This document shows positions 19,863-28,823 of a stretch of DNA of 64,000 nucleotides, one piece after another; the first letter of the stretch is position 1, and the number at the start of each line of letters is the position of its first letter. The DNA comes from an uncultured Candidatus Saccharibacteria bacterium (GTDB lineage Bacteria; Patescibacteriota; UBA1384; DTJR01): positions 70,745 through 134,744 of the forward strand of contig CAZAOT010000001.1 in NCBI GenBank assembly GCA_964487045.1, read 5' to 3'. The translations under genes were made by a program, and so were the position numbers. The notes under the pieces were generated by a model. That model saw only the letters and a list, made by a program, of their open reading frames with translations. It was not told the origin of the DNA and did no database searches.

Positions 19863-20750
19863 ATTATGAAACCTTGTATGGACTTCCTTTAAGTGTTCGT
19901 CTGTAACATGAGTGTAAACCTGAGTTGTAGTGACATTGACGTGCCCAAGGAGGCGCTGGACTGAACGAATATCGGCGCCGCCGCGCAAAATGTCTGTCGC
20001 AAATGAGTGGCGCAGAGTGTGGGGAGTGACTTTTTTGACTATTCCGGCTTCTTTGGCGGCGCCTTGGACGATTCTTTCGACTTGCCGAGTAGTTAGGCGC
20101 TGCGTTTCTTTCTCCTGATCTTCTTTGCGCACTGTTAACACTCTGATAAAAACCGCTTCATCTTTATCTTCACGTTTTTTCAAATATTTTTTAAGTGTTT
20201 CACAGGCTGCTTCAGAGAGAAATACAATTCTTCTCTTGCCGCCTTTGCCCAAGACCGAAAATTCCCCACGCTCTAGATTTAATTGATCTATATCCATGTT
20301 CACGAGTTCGGAAACCCTGGTGCCTGTTGAAAATAGGACTTCTAGGATTGCTCTATTCCTAAGGTCCATCAAATCTGATCCGCCGTAGACCTTTAGGATC
20401 CTCTCAACTTCTCCTTTTTCTAAAAATTCAATTTCTCGCTCCGGGGTATCAGCGAGTTCTATCTTTTCTGCTGCTAGAGATTTGATATCGTTTTTGGCTA
20501 AATATTTGAGAAAGCTCCTGATCGAAATCATGTAGTAGTTGAGGGTCTTGTTGGCGAAATTTTTGCGGTGAAGCTCTAATCTCCACTTTTTAATTATCTC
20601 CAAATCTATTTCTTCTACCGATTTAACCCCTTTCTCTTTGGCAAAATCGGCGAACTTATTCAGATATGCGTCGTAGTTTCGAATTGTAAGCTGGGAGTGA
20701 CCGCGCTCTAGTTCGATATATTCTAAAAATTCTCTTATGTATTTGTCCAT
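19809..20750 (-). CDS. Tyrosine recombinase, XerC/XerD family
   Basis: RNRAILEVLFSTGTRVSEL, GKGGKRR, HTLRHSFAT, LLGH...TTQVYTH: the full R-K-H-R-H-Y set, with an N-terminal SAM-like domain. XerC versus XerD cannot be decided. Confidence 0.95.
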   Translation of the reverse strand: MDKYIREFLEYIELERGHSQLTIRNYDAYLNKFADFAKEKGVKSVEEIDLEIIKKWRLELHRKNFANKTLNYYMISIRSFLKYLAKNDIKSLAAEKIELADTPEREIEFLEKGEVERILKVYGGSDLMDLRNRAILEVLFSTGTRVSELVNMDIDQLNLERGEFSVLGKGGKRRIVFLSEAACETLKKYLKKREDKDEAVFIRVLTVRKEDQEKETQRLTTRQVERIVQGAAKEAGIVKKVTPHTLRHSFATDILRGGADIRSVQRLLGHVNVTTTQVYTHVTDEHLKEVHTRFHNKKTETQNKNDEKIPNDK

Positions 20751-20761
20751 ATTTCCTCGCT

Positions 20762-20797
20762 AGATCCTTCGGCTCGCTTTGCTTGCTCAGGATGAAA
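20762..20797. repeat. Short REP/MITE-like element upstream of the recombinase
   Basis: AGATCCTTCGGCTCGCTTTGCTTGCTCAGGATGAAA, with ATCCT/AGGAT arms. Resembles AGATCCTTCG...GCTCAGGATGAC dispersed repeats (recalled, not searched). Confidence 0.45.
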
Positions 20798-20842
20798 ATG
20801 ATTACATTTTCATTTTACGACATTAGGTGGTTAGAAGCAAAG

Positions 20843-21463
20843 TTAGTCGTTTTTTGAGTGTTTGATATGTCTCCAGATATACCAAACAAGTCCAATGAGA
20901 ATTAAAATGCCTATGGCATAATCGAATTTGTGAAAATAATCTTTAAGTGAGTTCCAATTTTCTCCCAGTTTAAAACCTACCCAGCCTAGGAAATAAGACC
21001 AGATCACCGATCCGATAAATGTCCAAACCGAGAACCAAAACAAGTTAACTCGCGCGATTCCGGCTGGAAAGGAAATGAAAGTTCTAATAACCGGAAGAAG
21101 TCTGCCTACAAAAACTGCTCCCATACCCCATCTACCGAACCACCGGTCTGCAATATCTAGGTCGTGCTTGCTCATCAGGATGTATTTTCCATATTTCTCG
21201 ATCAATGGTCGTCCTCCTTTTGCGCCTACCCAGTAGGACAAAAGAGATCCCCAGAGGCACCCAACTCCACCGGCTATTGCGACCCAAAAAAGATTAAATT
21301 TACCAGTAGAAACTAAATATCCCGAAAAAGGCATGATAACCTCTGAGGGCAGGGGGATGTTGGCGGATTCAATGCCCATTAGAAGAACTATTCCCCAATA
21401 ATCCATTGCTGAGATTGTGTTGATAACGAAATGGCTCAGTGCTGAAAGAATTGTTTCTACCAT
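20843..21463 (-). CDS. dedA: DedA family membrane protein
   Basis: MGIESANIPLPSEVIMPFSG and GRLLPVIRTFISFPAG motifs; start MVETIL behind AGGAG. Confidence 0.93.
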   Translation of the reverse strand: MVETILSALSHFVINTISAMDYWGIVLLMGIESANIPLPSEVIMPFSGYLVSTGKFNLFWVAIAGGVGCLWGSLLSYWVGAKGGRPLIEKYGKYILMSKHDLDIADRWFGRWGMGAVFVGRLLPVIRTFISFPAGIARVNLFWFSVWTFIGSVIWSYFLGWVGFKLGENWNSLKDYFHKFDYAIGILILIGLVWYIWRHIKHSKND

Positions 21464-21479
21464 AGTGAATACTCCTAAG

Positions 21480-22097
21480 TTATATAAATAGTTCAAATCC
21501 AAATAAATAGAACACGGCTTCGGTAACGGCAAATGCGACCAAGAATCCACCGACGACTTGCCACAGAGTGTGTTTTTTGAGAGTAACCCTTGCCCAACCT
21601 ATGATGGGAATGAGGAGAAAAAGTGGGGCGAAACGAAGTCCTCCTAAAATCGTAATTGCGGTGACTACTGAAGTTGTGACGGCTGTATGGAAGCTAATTT
21701 TCCAATAAAAAGTAATGACAGTAGTAATTATTGTCATACATAATCCAGAGAGGGTATATACGACAAACTTAAGCGGAGCTTTAAGGAAATACAGGATTGC
21801 TAAGGCAGCTACAATTGAACCGATAAAAACAACTAGATACAGCGGTCTGTCCTCTCTGTTAGTTAGGTCTAGGTCATCTACCCAACCTAATTTATAAGTA
21901 ACAGCGAAAAACAAAAGTGGTAGAAATATCAAAAATGGTGCTATAAAAGTGATCCATTTCAAACCTTCGGAAAAATCTGCAGCGTACCAAAAGATTAGAA
22001 ACACAAAGAAAACCGTTGCGACAAGCGGTGGAAAAAACGCCCATGAGATTATCTCAGCTACAAAATGCCTATATCTTTTTTCTGCTACTTGTTTCAT
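21480..22097 (-). CDS. PAP2-like membrane phosphatase
   Basis: KISFH and WARVTLKKHTLWQV are degenerate C2/C3 PAP2 motifs; multiple TM segments. Confidence 0.7.
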   Translation of the reverse strand: MKQVAEKRYRHFVAEIISWAFFPPLVATVFFVFLIFWYAADFSEGLKWITFIAPFLIFLPLLFFAVTYKLGWVDDLDLTNREDRPLYLVVFIGSIVAALAILYFLKAPLKFVVYTLSGLCMTIITTVITFYWKISFHTAVTTSVVTAITILGGLRFAPLFLLIPIIGWARVTLKKHTLWQVVGGFLVAFAVTEAVFYLFGFELFI

Positions 22098-22675
22098 GCA
22101 AACCTAATTTTCTTCAAAAACTTTATCATTGGTTTCCAGACAGCTTTATCAAGTGGCTTTTCGAAAAGCTTTATTAGTCCTATACCAAGAAGTGCCGAAA
22201 CAGCTCCGCCTAGAATATCGAGCGGGAAGTGTATGCCGAGCGTGACTCTGGCAGCGCAGATTATAACTGCAAATAATAGAAACCAGTTGGCCGCTTTTTT
22301 ATATCCAAAGAAATATAATCCAAAGGTTAGGGTAAAGAGGGCTGTGGCGTGATCTGAGGGAAATGAGTAGTCAGGTCTATGGAAAATCAGTTCTTTTGCT
22401 CCGATAAATGCTAAGTCTGGCCTAGGTCTGAACCAGATAGCTGGGACGACATTTTTGGTGATAATGAACCAGCTAATCAGCATGCCGGCAAAGGAAAAAG
22501 CTAAGGCTCTCTGCTCTTTTTTAACTGCAAACCATAATATTAAGAGGACTACCGGTAAAGCATAAACCAGATAAACACCTAAAAAAATAATAATCTTATC
22601 CAAGGCAGTACTTTTCCCGACGAGTGACTCGTTGAGCCAAACCAAAATACTCTGATCAATCGACAATATGTTCAT
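22094..22675 (-). CDS. PAP2 family undecaprenyl-diphosphatase (BcrC-like)
   Basis: K...FRPRP, SFPSDH, ARVTLGIHFPLDILGG catalytic motifs. Confidence 0.9.
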   Translation of the reverse strand: MNILSIDQSILVWLNESLVGKSTALDKIIIFLGVYLVYALPVVLLILWFAVKKEQRALAFSFAGMLISWFIITKNVVPAIWFRPRPDLAFIGAKELIFHRPDYSFPSDHATALFTLTFGLYFFGYKKAANWFLLFAVIICAARVTLGIHFPLDILGGAVSALLGIGLIKLFEKPLDKAVWKPMIKFLKKIRFA

Positions 22676-22743
22676 GTGCTAATTGTAGCAATAAACCTAG
22701 ATTGATCAATATTTTTATTGCTAGCTAGGTGTATAATTAAACT

Positions 22744-23259
22744 ATGCTCTTAGAGTTAAGTAAGATCGCTGGTTTATCTGTAGGCTCTTTTGATGAAGGG
22801 GCCTTGGTTGGAAAAATTGTAAAACCAGTTATTAGCTATAAGGAGAAAAAAGTACTTGGGTTTGTAGTTAAGCCAAGCGGTTTTCTCGCTCAAAACAAAG
22901 TCATTTCTATTGAAGATGTAATCGATATCGACCAAAGTGGTCTTGTAGTAAGGTCGGCAGAGAGCTTGATCGATCTGGGTGAAGTTGTTCGCATGTCTGA
23001 AATTATCAAATCAAAATTTAAGCTGATTGGTCTTGGGGTGGAAAGCAAAGAAGGGAAATATCTGGGCAATGTTTATGATGCTTTGGTTGACTCGAGCTCA
23101 GGTGAGATAATTAGAATTTATGTCAGACAATTTTTGTCTGATTACGTTTTTGATCATAGCCAGATTGAGGAGATCACCTTAAAGATGGTAAAACTGCGAA
23201 CAGAAAAAAGACAAAGAGCTAAGAAAACAATCGAATCATTTTCTCAGGCGAAGGCATAG
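22744..23259 (+). CDS. Tandem PRC-barrel domain protein
   Basis: Two G..V....G..(V/L)G.(I/V) repeats, e.g. LIGLGVESKEGKYLGNVYDALVDSSSGEI. Confidence 0.8.
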   Translation: MLLELSKIAGLSVGSFDEGALVGKIVKPVISYKEKKVLGFVVKPSGFLAQNKVISIEDVIDIDQSGLVVRSAESLIDLGEVVRMSEIIKSKFKLIGLGVESKEGKYLGNVYDALVDSSSGEIIRIYVRQFLSDYVFDHSQIEEITLKMVKLRTEKRQRAKKTIESFSQAKA

Positions 23260-23291
23260 CGGGATTTTAATAATAATGTTAGCCTTAGAAT

Positions 23292-23860
23292 ATGCAAAAT
23301 ATTTTAATTTGGGCGAGTAATATAGCCATCTTTTCTTCTTATATCGCCTATGAGTGGGCGATGATTAAGGGCAAAGCCAAGCCACATCGCACAACTCGGT
23401 TGGTTATCGCTGTCATTGTTATCTTGGGATTTCTTTCGATGTATGCCCAGGGTGATCGAGTTGTGGTGTGGTTTCTTGGAATTTGTTCGATTCAATCGAT
23501 CGTAATGTTTTGATGAGTCTTAAGTATGGTATGGGCGGATGGTCTAAAACCGATATTTTGTGTTTAATGTTAGCAGTATTAGGCATAATTCTATGGAAAA
23601 TCACTGATAACCCAGCCTTAGGACTTTACGCTGCTGTGACTGCCGATTTCGCGGGTATGATCCCAGCGCTTGTGAAAACCTATAAAAATCCAGCAACAGA
23701 GCATTATCTGGCATATGCTTTTGATCTTACGGCAATTCTTTTGACGGGCCTAGCGATCCGAAACGGAGGATTCAATGAATATCTTTATCCGGTTTATTTA
23801 TTTTTAATAAATGGGCTGATGATGATTTTTCTGCTTAGAGATAAGCCAGTTTCTAGCTGA
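23292..23860 (+). pseudogene. Multi-TM membrane protein split by a 1-nt frameshift
   Basis: ORFs 23292-23513 and 23468-23860 join into one hydrophobic protein (...QSIVMF-LMSLKYG...) if one T is added to the TTTT at 23508-23511. Confidence 0.75.
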
Positions 23861-23879
23861 TCGATCAGTCGAGTTACTT

Positions 23880-24554
23880 TTAAGTAGGTCTTTTAATTAT
23901 CAACTCTTGCTCAGGGGATTCGGATAACAGATTTTCAACTATAATCTTTGAAACATAATCGGGATCCATGTAGTCTTTATAGTCAGCCGGTTTTGCCTCA
24001 TCGAATAGCTTGGTTTTCATGCCACCAGGATAAACAGCGATCACTTTGATATTTGATTCCTTGAGCTCTTCCTGAAGTGACTTTGTGAAGCCACTCGCTG
24101 CAAACTTGCTAGCGCAATAAGCAGCCGAATTTGGCCGGCCGGAAAGCGCACTTGTTGAGATAATGTTCAAAATTATTCCTGAATTCTGCCTCCTCATTTC
24201 TCTAAGAGCCGCCTGAGTGCCATAGATTAATCCAAAAACATTTACCTCAAACATTTTTACAAGCCGCTTGGGCTCAATAGATTCAACTGGTGCGTGAGCA
24301 ATCCAAATACCAGCATTATTAATCCAAATATCGATTTTTCCGTGTCGTTTAGCAATCTCTTGAGCAGAATTAGCGACCTTCTCTGGATCAGTGACGTCAC
24401 ATATTTCATATGCTGCACCTAGCTCATTTGCTGTTGCTTTGGTTTTTGGCTCATCGATATCCAAAATAATAATTTTGTTTTGTTTGCTTAGGTTTTTAGC
24501 AATCGCTTTACCTAATCCCTCACCCCCACCAGTAATGACAATTGTTTGTTTCAT
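23880..24554 (-). CDS. Short-chain dehydrogenase/reductase (SDR)
   Basis: TGGGEGLG, NNAG, catalytic YCASK. Confidence 0.95.
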   Translation of the reverse strand: MKQTIVITGGGEGLGKAIAKNLSKQNKIIILDIDEPKTKATANELGAAYEICDVTDPEKVANSAQEIAKRHGKIDIWINNAGIWIAHAPVESIEPKRLVKMFEVNVFGLIYGTQAALREMRRQNSGIILNIISTSALSGRPNSAAYCASKFAASGFTKSLQEELKESNIKVIAVYPGGMKTKLFDEAKPADYKDYMDPDYVSKIIVENLLSESPEQELIIKRPT

Positions 24555-24562
24555 AATGTTTT

Positions 24563-25162
24563 TTATATTTGTGGTATATCGGTGCCATTTGTCTCTTGAG
24601 GTTTATTACCTCGAACAGCGAGGGTAATTAGGGCGATTAAGGCAACTCCCGCAACAACGGCGGCAATAATTCCATAAAGCTTGTTTCCTGCGCTTGAAGT
24701 TGTGTCAGTCGCAGCAGTTGTAGCTACAGGGGTTGTTATAACGGCTGGCTGCCCGATAAGTGATTCGTCTGTAGAACCTAGAGGTACTGCAGTTGCAGAA
24801 GTGAGTGATCCAATGGCAGAGTCGGTAGTTGAGCTAGTTTGGTCAGTCGTGGCAGTATCAACCCCGAAGCTATTTACTGATGATTCTGTGTTTGAAGAGC
24901 TAGTTGGTGCGGTTGGGCTAATCACAAAACTCGAATTGGTGCTTGCGCCGGATGAGGAAGTAGAACCACTTGTTTCATTAACTGGTGCGGCTGGGACTGG
25001 TGGTAGTGCGATTGAGCTATTATTTTGCGTAAGAGAGGGAGGAAGCGTATCTGCTGAAATGCTATTTTTCAGAAAATAATAAGAGCTTCCGAGCCCCGCG
25101 ACGACCACTATTGCTAGTGCCGAAAATGTTATAATTCTATTTTTGTTTGACTTTGATGCCAT
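24563..25162 (-). CDS. Ser/Thr-rich low-complexity membrane-anchored protein
   Basis: N-terminal TM, long S/T/P-rich stretch, C-terminal TM followed by RGNK. Confidence 0.75.
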   Translation of the reverse strand: MASKSNKNRIITFSALAIVVVAGLGSSYYFLKNSISADTLPPSLTQNNSSIALPPVPAAPVNETSGSTSSSGASTNSSFVISPTAPTSSSNTESSVNSFGVDTATTDQTSSTTDSAIGSLTSATAVPLGSTDESLIGQPAVITTPVATTAATDTTSSAGNKLYGIIAAVVAGVALIALITLAVRGNKPQETNGTDIPQI

Positions 25163-25273
25163 TTTCCTCCTTATGTCTTATCTAATTAAATCTCTATCGG
25201 AGGGATTAGTCAATTATCTTATCTATCTCACTTACACCTTTAAATTTATCTGCAAACCTGTTAATATACTCGT

Positions 25274-26452
25274 ATGTCGTTATCTATCGGAATAGTAGGG
25301 CTGCCAAATGTTGGCAAGTCGACGCTGTTTAATGCAATGCTCAAAAGTGAGCTTGCTGAGGCAGCTAATTTTGCGTTTACGACAATCGATCCTAACGTAG
25401 GAATTGTCGATGTGCCCGATAATCGCCTCGAAAAATTATCAGAAATCGAGAATTCTGATCGAATCGTACCTGCAACGGTCAAATTTATTGATATTGCCGG
25501 GATAATTGCCGGAGCACATAAAGGTGAGGGGCTTGGTAATAAATTTCTAGCTAATATTAGAGAAGTTGACGCAATTGCTATGGTTGTTCGAACTTTTGAA
25601 AATAAAGACGTGATGCATGTCTCAGGCGATATCAATCCCAAAAGTGATATTGAGACGATCATGACCGAGCTGGTGCTAGCTGATATGGAAACACTTGAGA
25701 AAAGGATACCTGCAGTTGAGAAAGAAGTAAGGGCAGACGAGAAATCAGCGGCTAAAAAGTTAGAGGCATACCATAAGGTTTCGAAAGTTTTTGAAAATTC
25801 TCGCCCAGCAATTGAGGCGGGGCTTGATGAAGAAGAGAAATTTCTTCTTAAAGAGGCAAATTTTCTGACATTAAAGCCATTTTTATACATATTTAATGTT
25901 TCGGAAGATAAGGTTGGAGAATACCCAGCCGATCTTATCGAGGCATACGAGCTCGAGGGATTGGTCAGGACTTGCCCCGTTAGAGATAGCCGACGCCTTG
26001 ATGGGGGAGAAGAGTCGGGTGCTGTTCGAGAGTCGGCGTCGATCTCTAACGGGGTGAACGCGACCGTTATTTCTGCCAAAATCGAGTCAGAATTAAATTC
26101 TTTGAGCGATATAGATCGAATCGAATATCTTAGCGACCTTGGACTTGAAGAACCAGGACTTAACCGACTAATAGTATCGGCATATAAAACCTTAGGTTTG
26201 GTTTCATTCTTCACTGCAGGTCCGATGGAAGCTAGAGCTTGGACTATCAACGAAGGCGATAAAGCGCCTCGAGCAGCTGGAAAAATTCATCAAGATTTTG
26301 AAAAAAAGTTTATCAAGGCTGAAGTAGTAGCCTACGATGATTTCGTATCTCTTGGTGGCTGGAAGGCTGCTAAAGAGGCTGGTAAAGTAAGGCTCGAAGG
26401 CAAAGAATATCAGGTCAAAGAAGCTGACGTTTTGTTTATTCATCACGGGTAG
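25274..26452 (+). CDS. ychF: Obg-like ATPase YchF
   Basis: GIVGLPNVGKSTLFN, DIAG, GEGLGNKFL, TGS domain (AAGKIHQDFEKKFIKAEV, GKVRLEGKEY). Carries an insertion of about 27 aa. Confidence 0.97.
   Translation: MSLSIGIVGLPNVGKSTLFNAMLKSELAEAANFAFTTIDPNVGIVDVPDNRLEKLSEIENSDRIVPATVKFIDIAGIIAGAHKGEGLGNKFLANIREVDAIAMVVRTFENKDVMHVSGDINPKSDIETIMTELVLADMETLEKRIPAVEKEVRADEKSAAKKLEAYHKVSKVFENSRPAIEAGLDEEEKFLLKEANFLTLKPFLYIFNVSEDKVGEYPADLIEAYELEGLVRTCPVRDSRRLDGGEESGAVRESASISNGVNATVISAKIESELNSLSDIDRIEYLSDLGLEEPGLNRLIVSAYKTLGLVSFFTAGPMEARAWTINEGDKAPRAAGKIHQDFEKKFIKAEVVAYDDFVSLGGWKAAKEAGKVRLEGKEYQVKEADVLFIHHG
25974..26055. mobile_element. Palindromic MITE/REP-like element inserted in frame in ychF
   Basis: Perfect 13-bp terminal inverted repeats CCCCGTTAGAGAT (25975-87) / ATCTCTAACGGGG (26042-54), with inner arms CGACGCC (25991-97) / GGCGTCG (26035-41). 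Confidence 0.75.
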
Positions 26453-26571
26453 GCGAAACAAAATTGTTTTTGGTATAATTCTTAGCAGAAAGTAAAGTTT
26501 GTCCCACTCCGCCCCAAGGAGGGCTTCGCGGGACTTTCGGGGCAGTTATACTGCCTCGAAACGGAGGAAAA

Positions 26572-27480
26572 ATGACAGGACTAGGCGGACCAGCACAACC
26601 AATAGAATCAAGTGATGGCGTAAAAATCCCAGTGACAACTGGAGAGTTTCCTACTAAAGAACAATCAACGGTTCCTGAAAGAGTTATTAGTGATATCAAA
26701 CCGCCTGAAGCCCCGGCTGCATCTATTCAAGTACCCGTGCAGGGCGAAGATGAAGCGATGCAAACAGCTCTAGGTAATATTGATAAAGTGGCCAAGCAGT
26801 CACAAACTGCTCCTTCGGGTTTGGAAATACGAGAAGAAAATGCTGGAGAGCCAGTTGAGATTAAAACAGATCAAGCCACACAGGATGCAGTTAGCGATTC
26901 GCTAAAAGGTAAGAGCCCGGAAAGTTTAGAGGCGCTTGTTTCAGCCGATGCAGATCCTGGACCATCATCGGAAGAATTACCTCCGGCTATGTCAGCAGAA
27001 GCACCTGCTGAACTACCTCAAGCTCCAATTGAAGCTGCAGCTCCAGAGTCTGCCCCAGTAGCTGCGCCTCCTACGGAAGAACCGGCTCCGGCACCCTTTG
27101 TTTTGCCTCCTGCTCCTACTGAGGAAGTCATAGAAGAAACCCCGCCAGATGCTGCTCCGGTGATTGGTGAACCAAGAAAGATTTCTAGAGCTGAAGAGAA
27201 TCAAGGAGTTGAGAGAGTGATTGCTAACATGCAGGAATATCGAAGGCAGCGAAATCTTGCAATTGATCGCCAAAGACAGATTGCGGATCAAATTCTTGCA
27301 GAAACAGATTCGGAAAAGCAAAAAGCACTTGAGCTTGATCTTCGTCAAGTTACCAGAGAAATTGATGGGTGGAATAATGAATTGAATATATTAGCCGCTA
27401 ATATGGCGTTTTATATTAATTACCGAGTTGGTCCGTCAAACCAAGAGCAGGGCCCTGGTGTGGCAGGAGGAGTAAAATAA
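26572..27480 (+). CDS. Pro/Glu/Ala-rich disordered protein with C-terminal coiled coil
   Basis: SD GGAGG at 26563-67; acidic low-complexity N-terminal two thirds and a helical C-terminus. Confidence 0.75.
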   Translation: MTGLGGPAQPIESSDGVKIPVTTGEFPTKEQSTVPERVISDIKPPEAPAASIQVPVQGEDEAMQTALGNIDKVAKQSQTAPSGLEIREENAGEPVEIKTDQATQDAVSDSLKGKSPESLEALVSADADPGPSSEELPPAMSAEAPAELPQAPIEAAAPESAPVAAPPTEEPAPAPFVLPPAPTEEVIEETPPDAAPVIGEPRKISRAEENQGVERVIANMQEYRRQRNLAIDRQRQIADQILAETDSEKQKALELDLRQVTREIDGWNNELNILAANMAFYINYRVGPSNQEQGPGVAGGVK

Positions 27481-27995
27481 TGGAAACAATTGAAGTTTTA
27501 TATATTATCCTGGGAGCGTGTGTCGTCGTAATCACTGTCACTATAGTTTGGCTTGCCAACGAAACAATGAGATTGGTGCGGTCGCTTCGCAAATCAAGCG
27601 AGGATGTAGAGTTTATGACCAGTGAATTCAAGGAAAAAGTTCTGATGGTAAGCGAGGCCTTGGATCGAGCTGGCTCGGCCGCAACGAATATTATTTCATT
27701 AGTCGAGGACGCGATTGAAGGAATTAAGGAAAAGCGTGATCAGCTTTCTGACTCGATAGGCTTAGTGACGGGAGTAGGCGAGTATTTCAAAAAACGAAAA
27801 GAAAAGTCGGATGAAAAGAAAGAAGAGCCGATAGAAGAAAAACCAAAAAAAGTTGTAAAAAAAATAAATGAACCTGTCCAGGAAAAGGTAAAAAAAGAAG
27901 AACCAGAGGAAGAAATTAAAGAAGAAGAGACTAAAAAAGCTGATGATCTTGAAGATGCCAAGCCAATCAAAAAGGAAGTGGCTGAAAAGAAATAA
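27480..27995 (+). CDS. Membrane-anchored helical protein (DUF948/YoxC-like) with Lys/Glu-rich tail
   Basis: SD GGAGG; N-terminal TM, amphipathic helix, then a highly charged tail. Confidence 0.7.
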   Translation: METIEVLYIILGACVVVITVTIVWLANETMRLVRSLRKSSEDVEFMTSEFKEKVLMVSEALDRAGSAATNIISLVEDAIEGIKEKRDQLSDSIGLVTGVGEYFKKRKEKSDEKKEEPIEEKPKKVVKKINEPVQEKVKKEEPEEEIKEEETKKADDLEDAKPIKKEVAEKK

Positions 27996-28743
27996 TCTGA
28001 TTTGGTTTGTAGTACTAATACTTATAGTTTTTGGCGCAGTGATTGTTTTCCGCAGGATGGATCTAAAATCCACCCAAAAACAGGCTTTGGTTGAGAATGC
28101 CTTGGCGCCTTCTGTTACAAGCACTCCAAGTGAAGCGCCTAGCGTTTTGAATATTTCTGTGCAATCAACCCGAACCATTTCGCCGGAGCTTAATTTAGAC
28201 GTGCCATTTACCTCGCAGGCGCCTACTGCTAACTGGGATGCTCAACATGAAGAGAATTGCGAGGAAGCATCGCTTCTGATGGCCAATCGTTATTTTAGTT
28301 CTAGAGAAATAGATTCAGCCGAAGACGCGGAAAGTGGAATGCAGCAGATTATCGATTGGGAAAATGTTAACTTAGGTGTTTCTGATTCAATTGACGCCGA
28401 GCAAACCTCTAGAATAGTGAAAGAATTTTTAAATTTAAAATCAGAAGTTTTGACTAATCCAAGCGTAGAGCAAATCAAGCAAGCGATTTTTGATGGAAAA
28501 TTAGTTCTTGTACCCGCTAGTGGCCGAGAATTAAAAAACCCATTTTTTAAGCAGCCCGGGCCGCTTTATCACATGCTTGTTATCAAGGGCTACAGTGAGA
28601 ATAAATTTATTACAAATGATCCTGGTACTAGGCGCGGTGAAAACTATGTTTATGACGTAAAAACGATTTTAGACGCCAATCATGAGTGGAATGGTGGCGA
28701 TGTGCTCAGTGGAAAGGCTAAAATAGTTGTCGTTTCTAAGTAA
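27955..28743 (+). CDS. Membrane-anchored C39-like cysteine peptidase
   Basis: LDVPFTSQAP, CEEAS (catalytic Cys), YHMLVIKGY (His), ITNDPG (Asp). Start uncertain (27943, 27955 or 27982). Confidence 0.85.
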   Translation: MPSQSKRKWLKRNNLIWFVVLILIVFGAVIVFRRMDLKSTQKQALVENALAPSVTSTPSEAPSVLNISVQSTRTISPELNLDVPFTSQAPTANWDAQHEENCEEASLLMANRYFSSREIDSAEDAESGMQQIIDWENVNLGVSDSIDAEQTSRIVKEFLNLKSEVLTNPSVEQIKQAIFDGKLVLVPASGRELKNPFFKQPGPLYHMLVIKGYSENKFITNDPGTRRGENYVYDVKTILDANHEWNGGDVLSGKAKIVVVSK

Positions 28744-28752
28744 CTATTAGCC

Positions 28753-28781
28753 TTGACTAATTGTCCGATAAGGAGTAAAAT
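28753..28781 (+). promoter_or_regulatory. Sigma70-like promoter of the Cys-rich orphan
   Basis: TTGACT-N17-TAAAAT. Confidence 0.7.
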
Positions 28782-28823
28782 CTAACCACTTCGTTGTTCA
28801 CACCATTCTCTGGAGGAAGCAAG

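Noticed and set aside
19809-20750. Integron or phage integrase mobilising the GC-rich orphans
   Set aside because: It looks like a housekeeping Xer in size and context, with no evident IntI-specific insertion. The orphans are dispersed, carry their own promoters and show no recognisable attC ends.
25261-26250. 329-aa antisense ORF over ychF, and similar antisense ORFs over groEL, the permease and the VanW gene
   Set aside because: Shadow frames of conserved genes, with no motifs or expression signals.
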